Position numbers and translations under genes: made by a program
DNA from: Armatimonadota bacterium
GTDB taxonomy: Bacteria > Armatimonadota > SYMT01
NCBI GenBank assembly: GCA_041690135.1
Contig: JAWLHY010000005.1
Coordinates: 307,261-371,260, forward strand
Direction of reading: 5' to 3'
DNA: 64,000 bases
In this document: positions 19,626 through 29,843 of the stretch, in pieces
How the letters are laid out: each line of letters starts with the position of its first letter
Position numbering within the stretch: position 1 is the first letter of the stretch
The notes under the pieces: model-generated
What the model was told of the DNA's origin: nothing
Databases searched by the model: none
The model's input: the letters and a program-made list of their open reading frames with translations, nothing else

Positions 19626-21002
19626 TTAGGGCGACTGCGGGGGTGCTGACCATTCGAAGGCCCAGCGTTCATGCAAGCTCCGGAGGCGGGCGACGACCTC
19701 CGGATGCCGGGTGGCGCGGTTCATTCTTTCCGTCGCGTCCTCGGAGAAGTCGCTGAGGAAGAGTTGATCCGGTCCTTGGAGGCGCTTACCGACTTCGGTG
19801 TCGGCCGCGTTGAATACCAGCTTCCAGCTTCCCTCCCGCACGGCCCACTGGTTCCCCAACTGCCAGTGGAACACCGGGTGCGGGCTGGCGGCCTGCGAAG
19901 AGCGCAGGACGGGGAGCAGGCTCCGACCGTCAATGGTCCGCTCCGGCAGTGGCGCCTTACAAAGCTCCGCGATCGTTGGGTACCAGTCGATGCTCACGGC
20001 GAACTGGTCGCGTACCTCCCCAGCGGGGATGGTTCCCGGCAGGCGGGCAATGCATGGGACGCGAATGCCGGCTTCCAGCATGCTGAACTTGGAGCCGCGG
20101 TACGGCCCCGCGTTGCCCCCGCCGAAATTGGCCCGTTCCTCGGTCGAGTGCCCGTGATCGCTCAGAAAGACCACCAGGGTATTCTCCCGCAGTTTTAATT
20201 GGTCCAGCCGATCGAGGACCTCCCCCACCGCCCCATCAACGGAAGATACCATGGCTGCGTAAGAGCGGCGGGGCTCCGGGAGTTTCGCGTACAACTTCCG
20301 GTACTTCTCCTGAGCCTGCAGCGGATAGTGGGGCGAGTTGAGGGGCAGATACATGAAGAACGGACGATCGCGGTTCTCACCAATGAACCGTTTGGCCTCT
20401 CGGACCACCAGATCGCTGAAGTGCTTCCCCTCGGAGTAGATTTCGGTGCGGTCTCGCCAGAGATCGTGGAGAGGGGGTCCCTGCCAGTAGAAGGTGTGCG
20501 AGAGGTTATCGATGCAGCCGGACCGGTGCCCGAAAAAGCGGTCGAAGCCCTGGCCCAGGGGATCACACTCGGGGATGGTGCCCAGGTGCCACTTGCCGAA
20601 GAGCGCCGTGCGGTAGCCGGCTCCCTTCAACATCTCCGCCAGCGTTACCCGGTCGGTGGGCATCCCCGCCGCTCCCGGCCGTGATGAGACGTTCCCCACC
20701 ACTCCCGCCCGCTGCGGATAGCTGCCGGTCAGCAGCGCCGCACGCGAGGGAGAGCAGACCGGGCTGGCCGTGTAGAACTGCGTAAACCGCACCCCTTCCC
20801 GCGCCAAACGGTCCAGGTTCGGGGTGTGCAGGTCCTTCGATCCGTAGCAGTTGAGGTCCAGGGTGCCCTGGTCGTCCGAAAAGATCAGGACCACGTTCGG
20901 CGGCCGGGAAGTCCCCTTCGCCTCCGCCTTGCTGAACACTCCTCCCGCGGCCAGGAAGCCTGCCAGCACGAGGAGTGCAGCCTTGTTAGAGATGAGTTGC
21001 AT
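19626..21002 (-). CDS. Arylsulfatase-like sulfatase
   Basis: PPNVVLIFSDD; CSPSRAALLTG; GKWHLG; SDHG. Confidence 0.93.
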   Translation of the reverse strand: MQLISNKAALLVLAGFLAAGGVFSKAEAKGTSRPPNVVLIFSDDQGTLDLNCYGSKDLHTPNLDRLAREGVRFTQFYTASPVCSPSRAALLTGSYPQRAGVVGNVSSRPGAAGMPTDRVTLAEMLKGAGYRTALFGKWHLGTIPECDPLGQGFDRFFGHRSGCIDNLSHTFYWQGPPLHDLWRDRTEIYSEGKHFSDLVVREAKRFIGENRDRPFFMYLPLNSPHYPLQAQEKYRKLYAKLPEPRRSYAAMVSSVDGAVGEVLDRLDQLKLRENTLVVFLSDHGHSTEERANFGGGNAGPYRGSKFSMLEAGIRVPCIARLPGTIPAGEVRDQFAVSIDWYPTIAELCKAPLPERTIDGRSLLPVLRSSQAASPHPVFHWQLGNQWAVREGSWKLVFNAADTEVGKRLQGPDQLFLSDFSEDATERMNRATRHPEVVARLRSLHERWAFEWSAPPQSP

Positions 21003-21191
21003 CAGGTGGAAGAGGCACACAGCCTGGGATCCGTTGCGGTCCAGTGTTGTCGAACCCAGCCATTTCCGGTGTCGTGTCACAACTCCACGTTAACCTGGAG
21101 ACCCGGAGATCATGCAGCGCGCATGATCTCCGATTTGCGATTTCGACGAAAAGGGCCGGCAGACTGTCCGTCGGGAAGTATGGCCTCGCCT

Positions 21192-21222
21192 CTCTCCGTG
21201 TCGGTCTCCGTATCTCCGTGGC
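21192..21222 (-). repeat. CACGGAGA-type periodic repeat, related to 47281-47318
   Basis: Minus strand reads ccacggagatacggagaccgacacggagag. Confidence 0.6.
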
Positions 21223-21240
21223 TAAGCCTTCCGGGTGGGT

Positions 21241-22302
21241 CTACTTCGCACGCGCAATCCGGTGCGGCGTGCTCTGGTAGTGCATAGCAAGCAGATCCAT
21301 GCCGAAGTCACCTTTGAAGTCGCGCCACACGCAGTGGACGTGGTTCGCGTCGTTCTGGGTGTTGTCGTACTCAATCAGGAAAGTGGAGCCCTGGATGCGG
21401 TAATAGTGGGGCTGGTTCTTCTCCAGGCCGCCCATCCAGGCGAACTTGACGTTGTCGATGCCGGCCTTACGGATCTTCTCCAAGCGCTCCCGGGCCAGCT
21501 TCTGCGGCTGGGCATTCGCATACTCCCGGATGATCCCCAGCAGCATGCCCTGCTGCTCTTTGGAAAGGTCTTTGTAGGCGATACCCTTGTCTTCCTGGAT
21601 CGCCGCCTGGCGCTGAGCGCTGGTCAGGATGTCGGAGGGCGCCTTATCGGACACGACAGCCTGCTTTTGCTGCTCGGTGTTGAGCGATTTGATAAGGGCG
21701 CGCCCCAGGTCTTCCTCGGCGCCCAGCACGCGTGTCCCTCGCGCGGGAGCTCCGGGTACGTCCGCGCGGACTTCGCCCGGGTTCGTGCCGAAGAACTGCG
21801 GCGTGGAGGCGATCGCCTTGCCGTTGATCACCGTCCAGTTCAGGGAGCAGTGGTGGCCTTCATAGCGGAAGCCCCAGGTTCCCTTCTCCGAGGGCTCGCC
21901 GAATACGGTGAAGTAGTACAGCTCGCGGTCGCGGGTAGCGTTGTTGTTCTCCACGACCCGCAGGATGCCTTCCAGCTCGCGGATCGAACCCGCCTTCTGG
22001 TAACCCTTCTCACTGAGCCCGGCTCGCAACAGCGCGAGGGCCGCCTTCTGCTGATCGGGGGTCATCTCCTTGAGGGGCAGCCCCTTGCGCTGGTTGAACT
22101 TGGGGACGAAGTGCCAGTTCAGGCGCTCCTGGACGTCATTAAACGGGATGACCGCCTTGGTCTTGCGGGGTGCGTCCAGCGATGCCAGGAACTTGTTGGC
22201 CGCACCGGCCATCGCAGCCTCGGGGCGGTTGTTCTGCGCCGAAACTGTTAGCGCGGTGGCGCAGGACAGCACACCCAGCGCGCACATCGTGGGTCGGAAC
22301 AT
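21241..22302 (-). CDS. DUF3500 family secreted protein
   Basis: WHFVP; WGFRYEGHHCSLN; YYRIQG; EYDNTQ; NHVHCVWRD. Confidence 0.85.
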   Translation of the reverse strand: MFRPTMCALGVLSCATALTVSAQNNRPEAAMAGAANKFLASLDAPRKTKAVIPFNDVQERLNWHFVPKFNQRKGLPLKEMTPDQQKAALALLRAGLSEKGYQKAGSIRELEGILRVVENNNATRDRELYYFTVFGEPSEKGTWGFRYEGHHCSLNWTVINGKAIASTPQFFGTNPGEVRADVPGAPARGTRVLGAEEDLGRALIKSLNTEQQKQAVVSDKAPSDILTSAQRQAAIQEDKGIAYKDLSKEQQGMLLGIIREYANAQPQKLARERLEKIRKAGIDNVKFAWMGGLEKNQPHYYRIQGSTFLIEYDNTQNDANHVHCVWRDFKGDFGMDLLAMHYQSTPHRIARAK

Positions 22303-22666
22303 GATCGAAACTCCTTGAAAAACGAGGAGCACAAGGCCATCGGCTCGCGCCGGGGAACCGGTGCACACTACCTACTTCGTTCCGCAAGTCTTCCGGACTT
22401 CCCTGTATGGGTTCTTTGTTGCGAGTAAGAATGCCGTTCCCTCGCGCTCTTGCCTCCCCGGCCCAGAGTTGTCCCTTGCGTGTCACAGCTCCGATCGGAA
22501 ACCTTGCGAGATGACGGTGGTTGGACGATTTTGGGACCTTACGACTTGGGGTGATGGTCGTGCCGGAATGACGGCGCTCATCAAATCTCCCAGGGGAAAT
22601 GCCGGCGGAGCCGGTTTGACGGTAACCTGCTTGAATGCCTTACCCGCGCGCGGTGACTTTGCCACG

Positions 22667-24766
22667 ATGAACTCCTCTGAATCTGCATTTCACCTGTCGG
22701 AATCCGCCATCGGACCGGAGCTTATAGTTCTGGCCGGTCATACGGCGCCGGTCGAATCCGCCGTCTTCTCTCCAGACGGCACGCAGTTGGCCACCAGTGG
22801 CCGAGACGGGCAGGTCATTTTGTGGGAGTGCGAGTCCGGCATGGTACGGCGCGTCTGGCAGCACGAACATGGAGCGTCGTGGCTCGCGTTCTCGCCCAAC
22901 GGGCAGACCCTGGCAACGACGGGCCACGGTATCGACCTCTGGAACGTGGATTCCGGGCGATGGGAAGGCCGGTTCCCAGTGCCCGCAGCGGCGGTCCAAT
23001 TCTCGCCCGACGGCGCGGCTCTCACGGCGGTCGAGTGGGATCAAATCGTCTGCCTCGATAGCAGCAGCGGCCACCGGCTCCGTGAGATCCCGCTCGTGGA
23101 GCCTCTGGGCACATCTCCCCCGCGCGTCGCCTTCTCGGCCGACGGCTCCACGGTGGCGGCGGCCGCATGGGATAATCGAGGGCACCATGTGCGCATCTGG
23201 GACCTACCCTCCGGCACCCTGCGACGGCTACGGCGCATGCCACGCACGTTCTGGTGGAAGGAGCGTGACTCCGCCACCGGTAAACTTCGCAAGACCCACG
23301 GAGCCCAGGCCGACGTACAGTGTCTCGCGCTCTCTCCCGACGGTCGCCGGCTGGCCGTGGGCGGCCACTTTACTCTGTGGATCTGCGATACACACACGGG
23401 GCGGCGCACCCACTTCCTGGCTTGTGGGTGTTCGGGCTATTGGTCGCTCGCTTTCTCGGGCGATGGCGAGCTGCTGGCCGCCGGAGGAAACGATGGTGTG
23501 GTGACGCTCTGGCGGGTTCGCTCCGGCGAGGCGACCGCCAGCGCCGCGACGGGATCGAGCCACAACTGGATCTCGGCGGTCGCCTTTAACCGAAGGGGAG
23601 ACCGGCTCGCCACGGGCACCCACAAAAAGCAGGTAGATCTCTGGCGACCGGACACCGGTGAGCGGAATGCGCGTTTTGCGGCGCTGGACTTCGAGGCATC
23701 CGCACTGGCTTACTCCCCTGATGGCGGGCAGATCGCCGTCAGCTACACGGATGGAACCCTACGGCTCTGGTCCGCCCGTACGGGTCACCTGGTGTGGGTG
23801 GTAAGGACCGCTCCGCCTTTCCCCACGCACCTGGAGTTCTCAGCCGACGGGCGAACCCTCCGCTCCGGTCGCGTTCCCGACCCGCTCGCTGCTGTCTGGA
23901 ATGCGGCGACCGGCGAACTGATTCAGACGGCAGGCCAGGCGTCCGACGCGGAGTTGGGCAATCAAGCCCCGCGCTGCGAGGGGATCGCGCCGGACGGGCA
24001 ACTGAAGGCCGTCTCCCAGGGATGGGAGGGACGCATCGAATTGCGGTCCACAGACCCGGACCAGGTGCTGAAAGTGCTTCCGGAGATCGATGAGCCGGAT
24101 CTGGTCGTGTCGCTGACGTTCTCGCCTGACAGCCGGATCCTGGCGGCAGGTTACCACGGTTTTCGTGTGCGCCTCTGGAATGTTGAAACCGGCCGCCTGC
24201 TCCAACTGCTCCTCTCCCACGGCGATGCCAACGCCTACCTCGCCTTCTCACTGGACGGAACACAGCTGGCGGTGGGAGGCAATTACGACTCCGAAGTCGT
24301 GCTCTGCAATCTGGTGGCGCAATCCGTGCCGGTCCGGCTCGTCCTGACTCGTGGGGAGAAGGGAGAAGCATCGGAAAAGCTGGCGGATTTCTGGGACGTT
24401 CCGGTAGAGCAGGTTCCGACCCACGACATAAACCTGGTCGGCCACACCGGCAACATCCGCGGGGTCGCCTATTCCCCCGACGGCCGCGCGGTAGCCACCG
24501 TGGCCGCCGATGCCGCGCTTAAGCTCTGGGACCCAATTAATGGGCGGCTGCGCGCGACCTTGCTTCCGCTCCCATCCCCGGTGTCGGATGTGTCTGCGGA
24601 ATGGATCGCCTACACGCCGGAAGGCAACTACGTGGCTTCCGCCGGTGGGCACGGCTACGTCGGCTGGCGCCTGGGAACAGAGCTCCTGCCAGGTTCGGTC
24701 TACGCCAACTCGCGCTGCGACTCGGGCCAGATCGCCCGGTCCCTGGACTCCAACCCTGCGGATTGA
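22667..24766 (+). CDS. WD40 repeat protein
   Basis: Many GH..AFSPDG..LAT..LW repeats; WIAYTPEG tail. Confidence 0.9.
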   Translation: MNSSESAFHLSESAIGPELIVLAGHTAPVESAVFSPDGTQLATSGRDGQVILWECESGMVRRVWQHEHGASWLAFSPNGQTLATTGHGIDLWNVDSGRWEGRFPVPAAAVQFSPDGAALTAVEWDQIVCLDSSSGHRLREIPLVEPLGTSPPRVAFSADGSTVAAAAWDNRGHHVRIWDLPSGTLRRLRRMPRTFWWKERDSATGKLRKTHGAQADVQCLALSPDGRRLAVGGHFTLWICDTHTGRRTHFLACGCSGYWSLAFSGDGELLAAGGNDGVVTLWRVRSGEATASAATGSSHNWISAVAFNRRGDRLATGTHKKQVDLWRPDTGERNARFAALDFEASALAYSPDGGQIAVSYTDGTLRLWSARTGHLVWVVRTAPPFPTHLEFSADGRTLRSGRVPDPLAAVWNAATGELIQTAGQASDAELGNQAPRCEGIAPDGQLKAVSQGWEGRIELRSTDPDQVLKVLPEIDEPDLVVSLTFSPDSRILAAGYHGFRVRLWNVETGRLLQLLLSHGDANAYLAFSLDGTQLAVGGNYDSEVVLCNLVAQSVPVRLVLTRGEKGEASEKLADFWDVPVEQVPTHDINLVGHTGNIRGVAYSPDGRAVATVAADAALKLWDPINGRLRATLLPLPSPVSDVSAEWIAYTPEGNYVASAGGHGYVGWRLGTELLPGSVYANSRCDSGQIARSLDSNPAD

Positions 24767-24972
24767 CCCCTCCTACGGTCGAACGAGTGGAGCGGCGCGG
24801 GAAGCCCCTGCCCAAAGCGAACGCGGCTGCTCGGTGGCGTGCTGAAGGGATGTCCTCAATGGTGTTCTCCCCTACCCCTTTCGTGCCGCCCGTGTTATCC
24901 CACCCTGTCAGGTTGGCGGCTCGTTCGCTTCGGACTGCGTACGGTCGTTTGCGGTGGGTGTCACGGAGCGTT

Positions 24973-24998
24973 GTTTGATTGCTGGTGGGATGGGGTAG
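24973..24998 (+). promoter_or_regulatory. SigB/SigF-like promoter for ctc/L25
   Basis: GTTT-N16-GGGTAG about 70 nt before the ATG. Confidence 0.6.
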
Positions 24999-25067
24999 AG
25001 GTACTCGCTTAAACCCGCAACCGCGAGTGCAAGCCTGTATCATCAAGTCGAACAGACGGAGGAACCG

Positions 25068-25754
25068 ATGCCAGACCAGAGTCGACCACAGCTCACGGCA
25101 GAGCCCAGGGTCCGGGTGAGGAAGAAGTCCGAGATCCGGTATCTGCGACGGATGGGACAGATCCCCGCCCTTGTCTACGGGCACGGAGATCCGGAAACGA
25201 TCAAAGTCAGCGCCCGCTCCGTGGCGGAGTACCTGCGCCACCACACTTCCGGAGGGATCCTGGATCTCAACCTTACCGAGCGCACCACGCCGGTGCTGAT
25301 CCGGGAGATCGACCGGGATCCGGTTTCCGGACAGATTATCCACCTGGGCTTCCAGCGAGTGGACATGCGAGAACGGCTCAAGACGACCGTGCCGCTGGAG
25401 TTCATCGGCGAAGAGAGCCTCATCCAGGACCAACTGGTGCTGCAACGCCAGATGGCGGAGTTGGAGGTCCACGCTCGCGCGGACCAGCTTCCGGAAGTGA
25501 TCGTCGTGGATGTCAGTGGTGTGGAGGCCGGACAGAGCATCCGTATTGAAGACCTCCAGTTGCCGGAAGGGATTGAACCGACGAAAGACCCGTCGCAGTT
25601 GGTGGCTTCGGTGACGCATCCGTCGGTGCCGGCCGATGTCGAAGCCGCGCTGGAAGCCGAAGAGGCGGCACGGGTCGCCACGGTGGAAGCGCATGCCGGC
25701 GAGGCTGCCGAAGAGGAAGAAGAGGAAGAGGTCACGGAAGCGGCCGCTACCTGA
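25068..25754 (+). CDS. rplY: 50S ribosomal protein L25 / general stress protein Ctc (long form)
   Basis: LRRMGQIPALVYG; DPVSGQIIHLGF; LPEVIVVDVS; acidic tail. Confidence 0.92.
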   Translation: MPDQSRPQLTAEPRVRVRKKSEIRYLRRMGQIPALVYGHGDPETIKVSARSVAEYLRHHTSGGILDLNLTERTTPVLIREIDRDPVSGQIIHLGFQRVDMRERLKTTVPLEFIGEESLIQDQLVLQRQMAELEVHARADQLPEVIVVDVSGVEAGQSIRIEDLQLPEGIEPTKDPSQLVASVTHPSVPADVEAALEAEEAARVATVEAHAGEAAEEEEEEEVTEAAAT

Positions 25755-25824
25755 TCTTCGAGAGTTGTGGGTTAGTGCCCACGCGCCTTCTCAGGGACCG
25801 GATGCCGGCGGGCATCCGGTCCCT

Positions 25825-26274
25825 TTATCCTGCTCCCCCTTGCCCTCCGGCTCTCGACTTCCGGGCTCCACCTTTCCGCCGGCGGCGGGCAACGGTACTT
25901 AGCCGCTCTCGGAGATAGGCCTCACGATCCGCGGCGTAGTTGCCCGCCGGATCACGTGCCGGTACGCGCGACGGCCAAAAGGTGAGAAACACCAGGGCGG
26001 CCACCACAAGGGTACCCAGGAGAGCCTGCAGAGCCGGCAGATTGCTCCACAGATAAAGGGCAGTCGCTGTCGTCCATGCAACTCCAAGGAGGGTCCACTC
26101 CTCAACCAGTAAGCCGGCAACCAGGAACTGGGAGTGGTAATTCCGCCAGTTCCGGTCCCGTACGATCTCACGAACGGTTTCCCAGAGAAGTGCGAGGAGT
26201 ACGAACCCGCAGAAAATCTCCAGTCGCGGGTCCAGTTCAAAACCGAGCAGGTGCCGGACGCAGAGTAGGAGCAT
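25825..26274 (-). CDS. Hypothetical membrane protein
   Basis: About 3 hydrophobic segments; no clear RBS. Confidence 0.4.
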   Translation of the reverse strand: MLLLCVRHLLGFELDPRLEIFCGFVLLALLWETVREIVRDRNWRNYHSQFLVAGLLVEEWTLLGVAWTTATALYLWSNLPALQALLGTLVVAALVFLTFWPSRVPARDPAGNYAADREAYLRERLSTVARRRRKGGARKSRAGGQGGAG

Positions 26275-26402
26275 GGGAGGTGCCGGGTTTAGGATGAGGT
26301 GTCATCAACCGTATGTTGGTTCACCCTTGCCCTCGGTGTTACCTGCGGTCGAGATGTGAGTGAGACCAACCTGAACCCCAGCCATTTTGACCTACCGGGG
26401 CA

Positions 26403-26480
26403 CCCGAAAGCCTGAAGGCGAAGAGAGCCTCAAAGCCCGAAGGCCCGAGAGCCCGAAAGCCTGTAGGGCAGAGAGCCTGA
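26403..26480 (+). repeat. Degenerate octamer tandem repeat (cccgaaag/cctgaagg)
   Basis: About 9 units read directly. Confidence 0.75.
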
Positions 26481-26809
26481 CCACCCTCCGCCAGTGTCCA
26501 TCAAAAGGAGGGGACTTGGCTCCTCGATATCCAACTTCCGGCCACTGCGGGAGAGGCGTTCCGCAACCGATACCTGAGACAAATCCGGTAGATTGGCCCA
26601 CGAGCCACCCCCCGAGGGGCAACCAACACGGCAACCGGAATCATGCCAGCGCATAGGGAGCCCGGTCCGTCCGGTTCCACCGTCAATCTCAAAGTTTTTG
26701 GGTCAGTGTGGAAGAATTCACTCCGGACGGGTGAAATCGGCCCTCCAACCTTTGGAGGATCCGCCGATACTGGATAACTGGACTACATTAGATCAGGTTG
26801 TGCGCAGCC

Positions 26810-27907
26810 ATGCCGATGCCGGGCGTTTTCACCAAACTGGCCCAGAGGATTGCTACCCCGCCCTCTCCGCGTCGCGAAGAGCATCCGGACGAAGCGGAAC
26901 GGACGGAGGCGGCCCTGGCGCTCGCCCGCGAACTTCTCCATAGTATCGAGCAGTTCATCATTTCCACGCCCGACCTGGATACCAGCCGCTTCTTGCAGCG
27001 GATGCGGGGCACGGCTGCCGGCCTGACGGGTAAGGTCGATCCCCCGACGATTCGCCTCTACCAGGACTGGACCCGCAAAGCCGTCGGCATGTTCGCCGGC
27101 CTGCAGCGGCGTTACGTGGCGGAGCGCGAAGAGGAGATGTGGCGGCTCCTGGACCTCTACTCCCAGCATGCCGTCCAAGGCCAGAGTCGCTCCACGGAGT
27201 TGATCGACGCCATCCGCATCTCGCACCAGAAGATGCGGAAGTACGCGTCGCTGGAGGATATCCGCGAGGCTCGGGAGGCATTGGAGGCAGAGGTCAAGGA
27301 GACGCAGCGTCTGGTTGCCCTGAAGATCCGGGAAGATAAAGAGCGCATCAACTCGCTGGCCCGGCAGGTGGCGCAACTGGAAGCAACGCTGGCGGCGGTG
27401 CGGGGTCAGGCCAATTACGACGTATTGACCGGCATTTACCACCGGGGCGTCTTCGAGATCAAGCTGCGGGAGTTGATGTCCGCCGGCCATCCCTGCGGCC
27501 TGGCGATCGTAGATATCGATAACTTCAAGACGATCAACGATACCCTGGGTCACCCTATCGGCGACCGCATGCTGCAGCAGGTGGCGCAGGTCTTGAACCG
27601 GGTGGCCCGCACCACCGACCTGGTGGCCCGCTTCGGCGGCGACGAGTTCTGTTTCCTCTCGGTCGGCGCCACGCCGGAACAACTCGCGCAGCGCCTCGCC
27701 GGTGCGGTGGCTCGCCGGCACGTGCGACTGGAGATCGAAGAGCAGCGTGTGGTCTCCGTGCTACTCTCCCTCAGCGTGGGCGTGGCCACCTCCAAGACGG
27801 GTGAGTACCCGGAGCAACTCCTGGACCGCGCCGACCAGGCCCTACTGCTGGCCAAGCGTGGCGGCAAAGGCGGAATTCGCATGGCCGCCGGAGTTGTTGA
27901 CTTCTAA
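26810..27907 (+). CDS. Diguanylate cyclase (coiled coil + GGDEF)
   Basis: DVLTG; DIDNFKTINDTLGH; RTTD I-site; ARFGGDEF. Confidence 0.93.
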   Translation: MPMPGVFTKLAQRIATPPSPRREEHPDEAERTEAALALARELLHSIEQFIISTPDLDTSRFLQRMRGTAAGLTGKVDPPTIRLYQDWTRKAVGMFAGLQRRYVAEREEEMWRLLDLYSQHAVQGQSRSTELIDAIRISHQKMRKYASLEDIREAREALEAEVKETQRLVALKIREDKERINSLARQVAQLEATLAAVRGQANYDVLTGIYHRGVFEIKLRELMSAGHPCGLAIVDIDNFKTINDTLGHPIGDRMLQQVAQVLNRVARTTDLVARFGGDEFCFLSVGATPEQLAQRLAGAVARRHVRLEIEEQRVVSVLLSLSVGVATSKTGEYPEQLLDRADQALLLAKRGGKGGIRMAAGVVDF

Positions 27908-28446
27908 CGCTTGAAGAGAACGGTGAATTTGCCGGGCTCCCGGTCGAACGTCGCTTTGCTTTCACCGTTCTCGAAAAGGTAGACCTGTCGCTCGTGGGTG
28001 CTCCGCGGGTTCTCCTCACCGGGCTTGAACCAGTTGCCGGTTACCGGGTCCTGAGCTTCCTTCAAGTAGAGCCAGGGCTTCTCGCGCATCCAGCCCACAC
28101 ACGGCTCGCAGCAGAGATAGTAGAGGCCGTTGTTCACCTCCGCCCGCCGGGTGCGCTGCACGAACCCTTTGAAGTTCGGCTGTACTGTGCAGTAGACGGT
28201 CTCCTTGACGTACTTTTCAGGAAACGAAGCGAACTTGTCGCGGCAGCCGACAGCACAGAAGAAGCGGGGCTGACCGTTGACCCACACCCGCAGGGTCCGG
28301 GCATCCACCGCCAGCACCTTGCTGTCGGTGGTGCAGAGCGCGCGCTTCGGTAACTTCAATGTGGAAGACTGCGCCCAACCTCCGGTCGCTGCCGCTACCT
28401 CCAGACCGATCGCCAGTCCGACTGCCAGCCAGTTGGGTTTGCGCAT
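27904..28446 (-). CDS. Secreted YHS/TRASH-like repeat protein
   Basis: Signal peptide; FFCAVGCRDKF; YYLCCEPC; DPVTG..YLFEN. Confidence 0.65.
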   Translation of the reverse strand: MRKPNWLAVGLAIGLEVAAATGGWAQSSTLKLPKRALCTTDSKVLAVDARTLRVWVNGQPRFFCAVGCRDKFASFPEKYVKETVYCTVQPNFKGFVQRTRRAEVNNGLYYLCCEPCVGWMREKPWLYLKEAQDPVTGNWFKPGEENPRSTHERQVYLFENGESKATFDREPGKFTVLFKR

Positions 28447-28470
28447 AGTCGCCTTCCTTCGCAATTCTTG

Positions 28471-28737
28471 GGGCATGGACCAGGATCGAATTCTGATTAC
28501 CCAGGGCAACGTCTTGACCCCTGCCCGGAGGCCCCGAGAGTTATCTCGGCATGAGCTACCTTAGGGATCCCATACCGGTACCTGTCTGGGGCGCGGCGGA
28601 AGTCAACGGCCTTCTGCAGGACCCCGATAGCTCGGGGACTCCGGGCATGCACCAGAACTTTATCCTGTTACACAGGACAACATCCTGACCTCTGCCTGGA
28701 GTCCGAGAGCTATCTCGGCAGGAGCATCCTTTGGGCT
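28471..28737. repeat. Two degenerate ~95-bp direct repeats containing ccgaga-N4-tctcgg hairpins (REPIN-like)
   Basis: Copy 1 ~28471-28566 and copy 2 ~28643-28737; an inverted arm ccccgatagctcgggg at ~28622-28638. Confidence 0.6.
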
Positions 28738-28803
28738 TTCTTGCCGGTTGACCTTAGTCTGGAGATTGGATCAGAGCGCTATCTTGGATATGGAATCCGG
28801 GTC

Positions 28804-29748
28804 CTAATCAGCCGAAGGCTTCGGTGCCGGATACCTTGCGAACATGTCATCGAGAACCTGGCGCAATTGAGCCCGATGTTCTTCCGGGAGGTCGACGAGT
28901 GGCGGGCGAACCGGGCCGGCTCCTTCGGGTCCCAGGCGGCCGAGCAGGTTCACCGCAGCTTTCACGTAAGCAACGGCGTACCCTTTCCGCAGATCGCGCA
29001 CCCGGCAGATCCGTTCGATCACGTTGAGCAGGATGTCTCGCTGGGTTTCCGCGTCGCCGTCCGCTACCGCCTGGTGGAATTTGAGCGTGACGTGCGGTGC
29101 GAAGTTGGAAAGGGCGGAGGAGTAGCCCCGGCACCCGAGCGCATAGAACGAGGGGTAGGTCATTTCGGCGGTCGGCATGCCGTTCATGTAGGCGAGGCGA
29201 TCCCCCAGTTCCAGGTAGATCCGCCCGAACTGCTCCAGGTTGCCGTGCCCATCTTTAAAGCCGACCACGTTGGGCAGTTCCGCCAGGCGGGACACCGTGC
29301 CGACGCTGTAGAGCGCATTATCCCGGTGGTAAAGGATGATGGCCTGGGAGGTGCTCTCCGCAATCTCCCGCACGTGGCGGTACAGTCCTTCCTGTTCCGG
29401 CTGGATCAGGTAAGGCGGGAGCAGCAGCAGGCCGTCCGCACCCGCTCCCTCGGCCGCCGCCGCGAAGCGTTTCGCGATCGCCGTACTGTAGCCGCAGCCG
29501 GCAAAGACCGGCACGGCCCCGGCCACTTCCTCCACGGCGGCGGCCACCGCGTCCCGGAACTCCTCCAGTGCAAGGTTGAAGAACTCGCCCGTTCCGGCAC
29601 AGACGAAGATGGCGTGAACGCCGGTGCCTTTCATCCAGCCGACGTGGCGGCGGAAGGCATCCAGATTGAGGGAACCGTCCGGGTGGAAAGGGGTGACCGG
29701 GAATCCGAACACTCCCCGGAGTTGCGCGCGCGTGGTCTCGTAGTTCAT
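28804..29748 (-). CDS. kdgD: 5-dehydro-4-deoxyglucarate dehydratase (DapA family)
   Basis: FPVTPF; GTGEFF; LLLPPYL; YHRDNA; GFKDG; GMPTAE; YSSA. Confidence 0.9.
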   Translation of the reverse strand: MNYETTRAQLRGVFGFPVTPFHPDGSLNLDAFRRHVGWMKGTGVHAIFVCAGTGEFFNLALEEFRDAVAAAVEEVAGAVPVFAGCGYSTAIAKRFAAAAEGAGADGLLLLPPYLIQPEQEGLYRHVREIAESTSQAIILYHRDNALYSVGTVSRLAELPNVVGFKDGHGNLEQFGRIYLELGDRLAYMNGMPTAEMTYPSFYALGCRGYSSALSNFAPHVTLKFHQAVADGDAETQRDILLNVIERICRVRDLRKGYAVAYVKAAVNLLGRLGPEGAGPVRPPLVDLPEEHRAQLRQVLDDMFARYPAPKPSAD

Positions 29749-29843
29749 GGGGGAATCCGTCCTGTCCAAACAAGTCCCCGAATTATAGCGCGACCCCGCT
29801 TACCCGGGCGCAGCGAAGGATAGAATACGTCCGGAGGTGAGGG

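Noticed and set aside
26275-26797. c-di-GMP riboswitch upstream of the GGDEF gene
   Set aside because: No GGCAAA..GAAA..GCAAAG class I pattern or class II features seen
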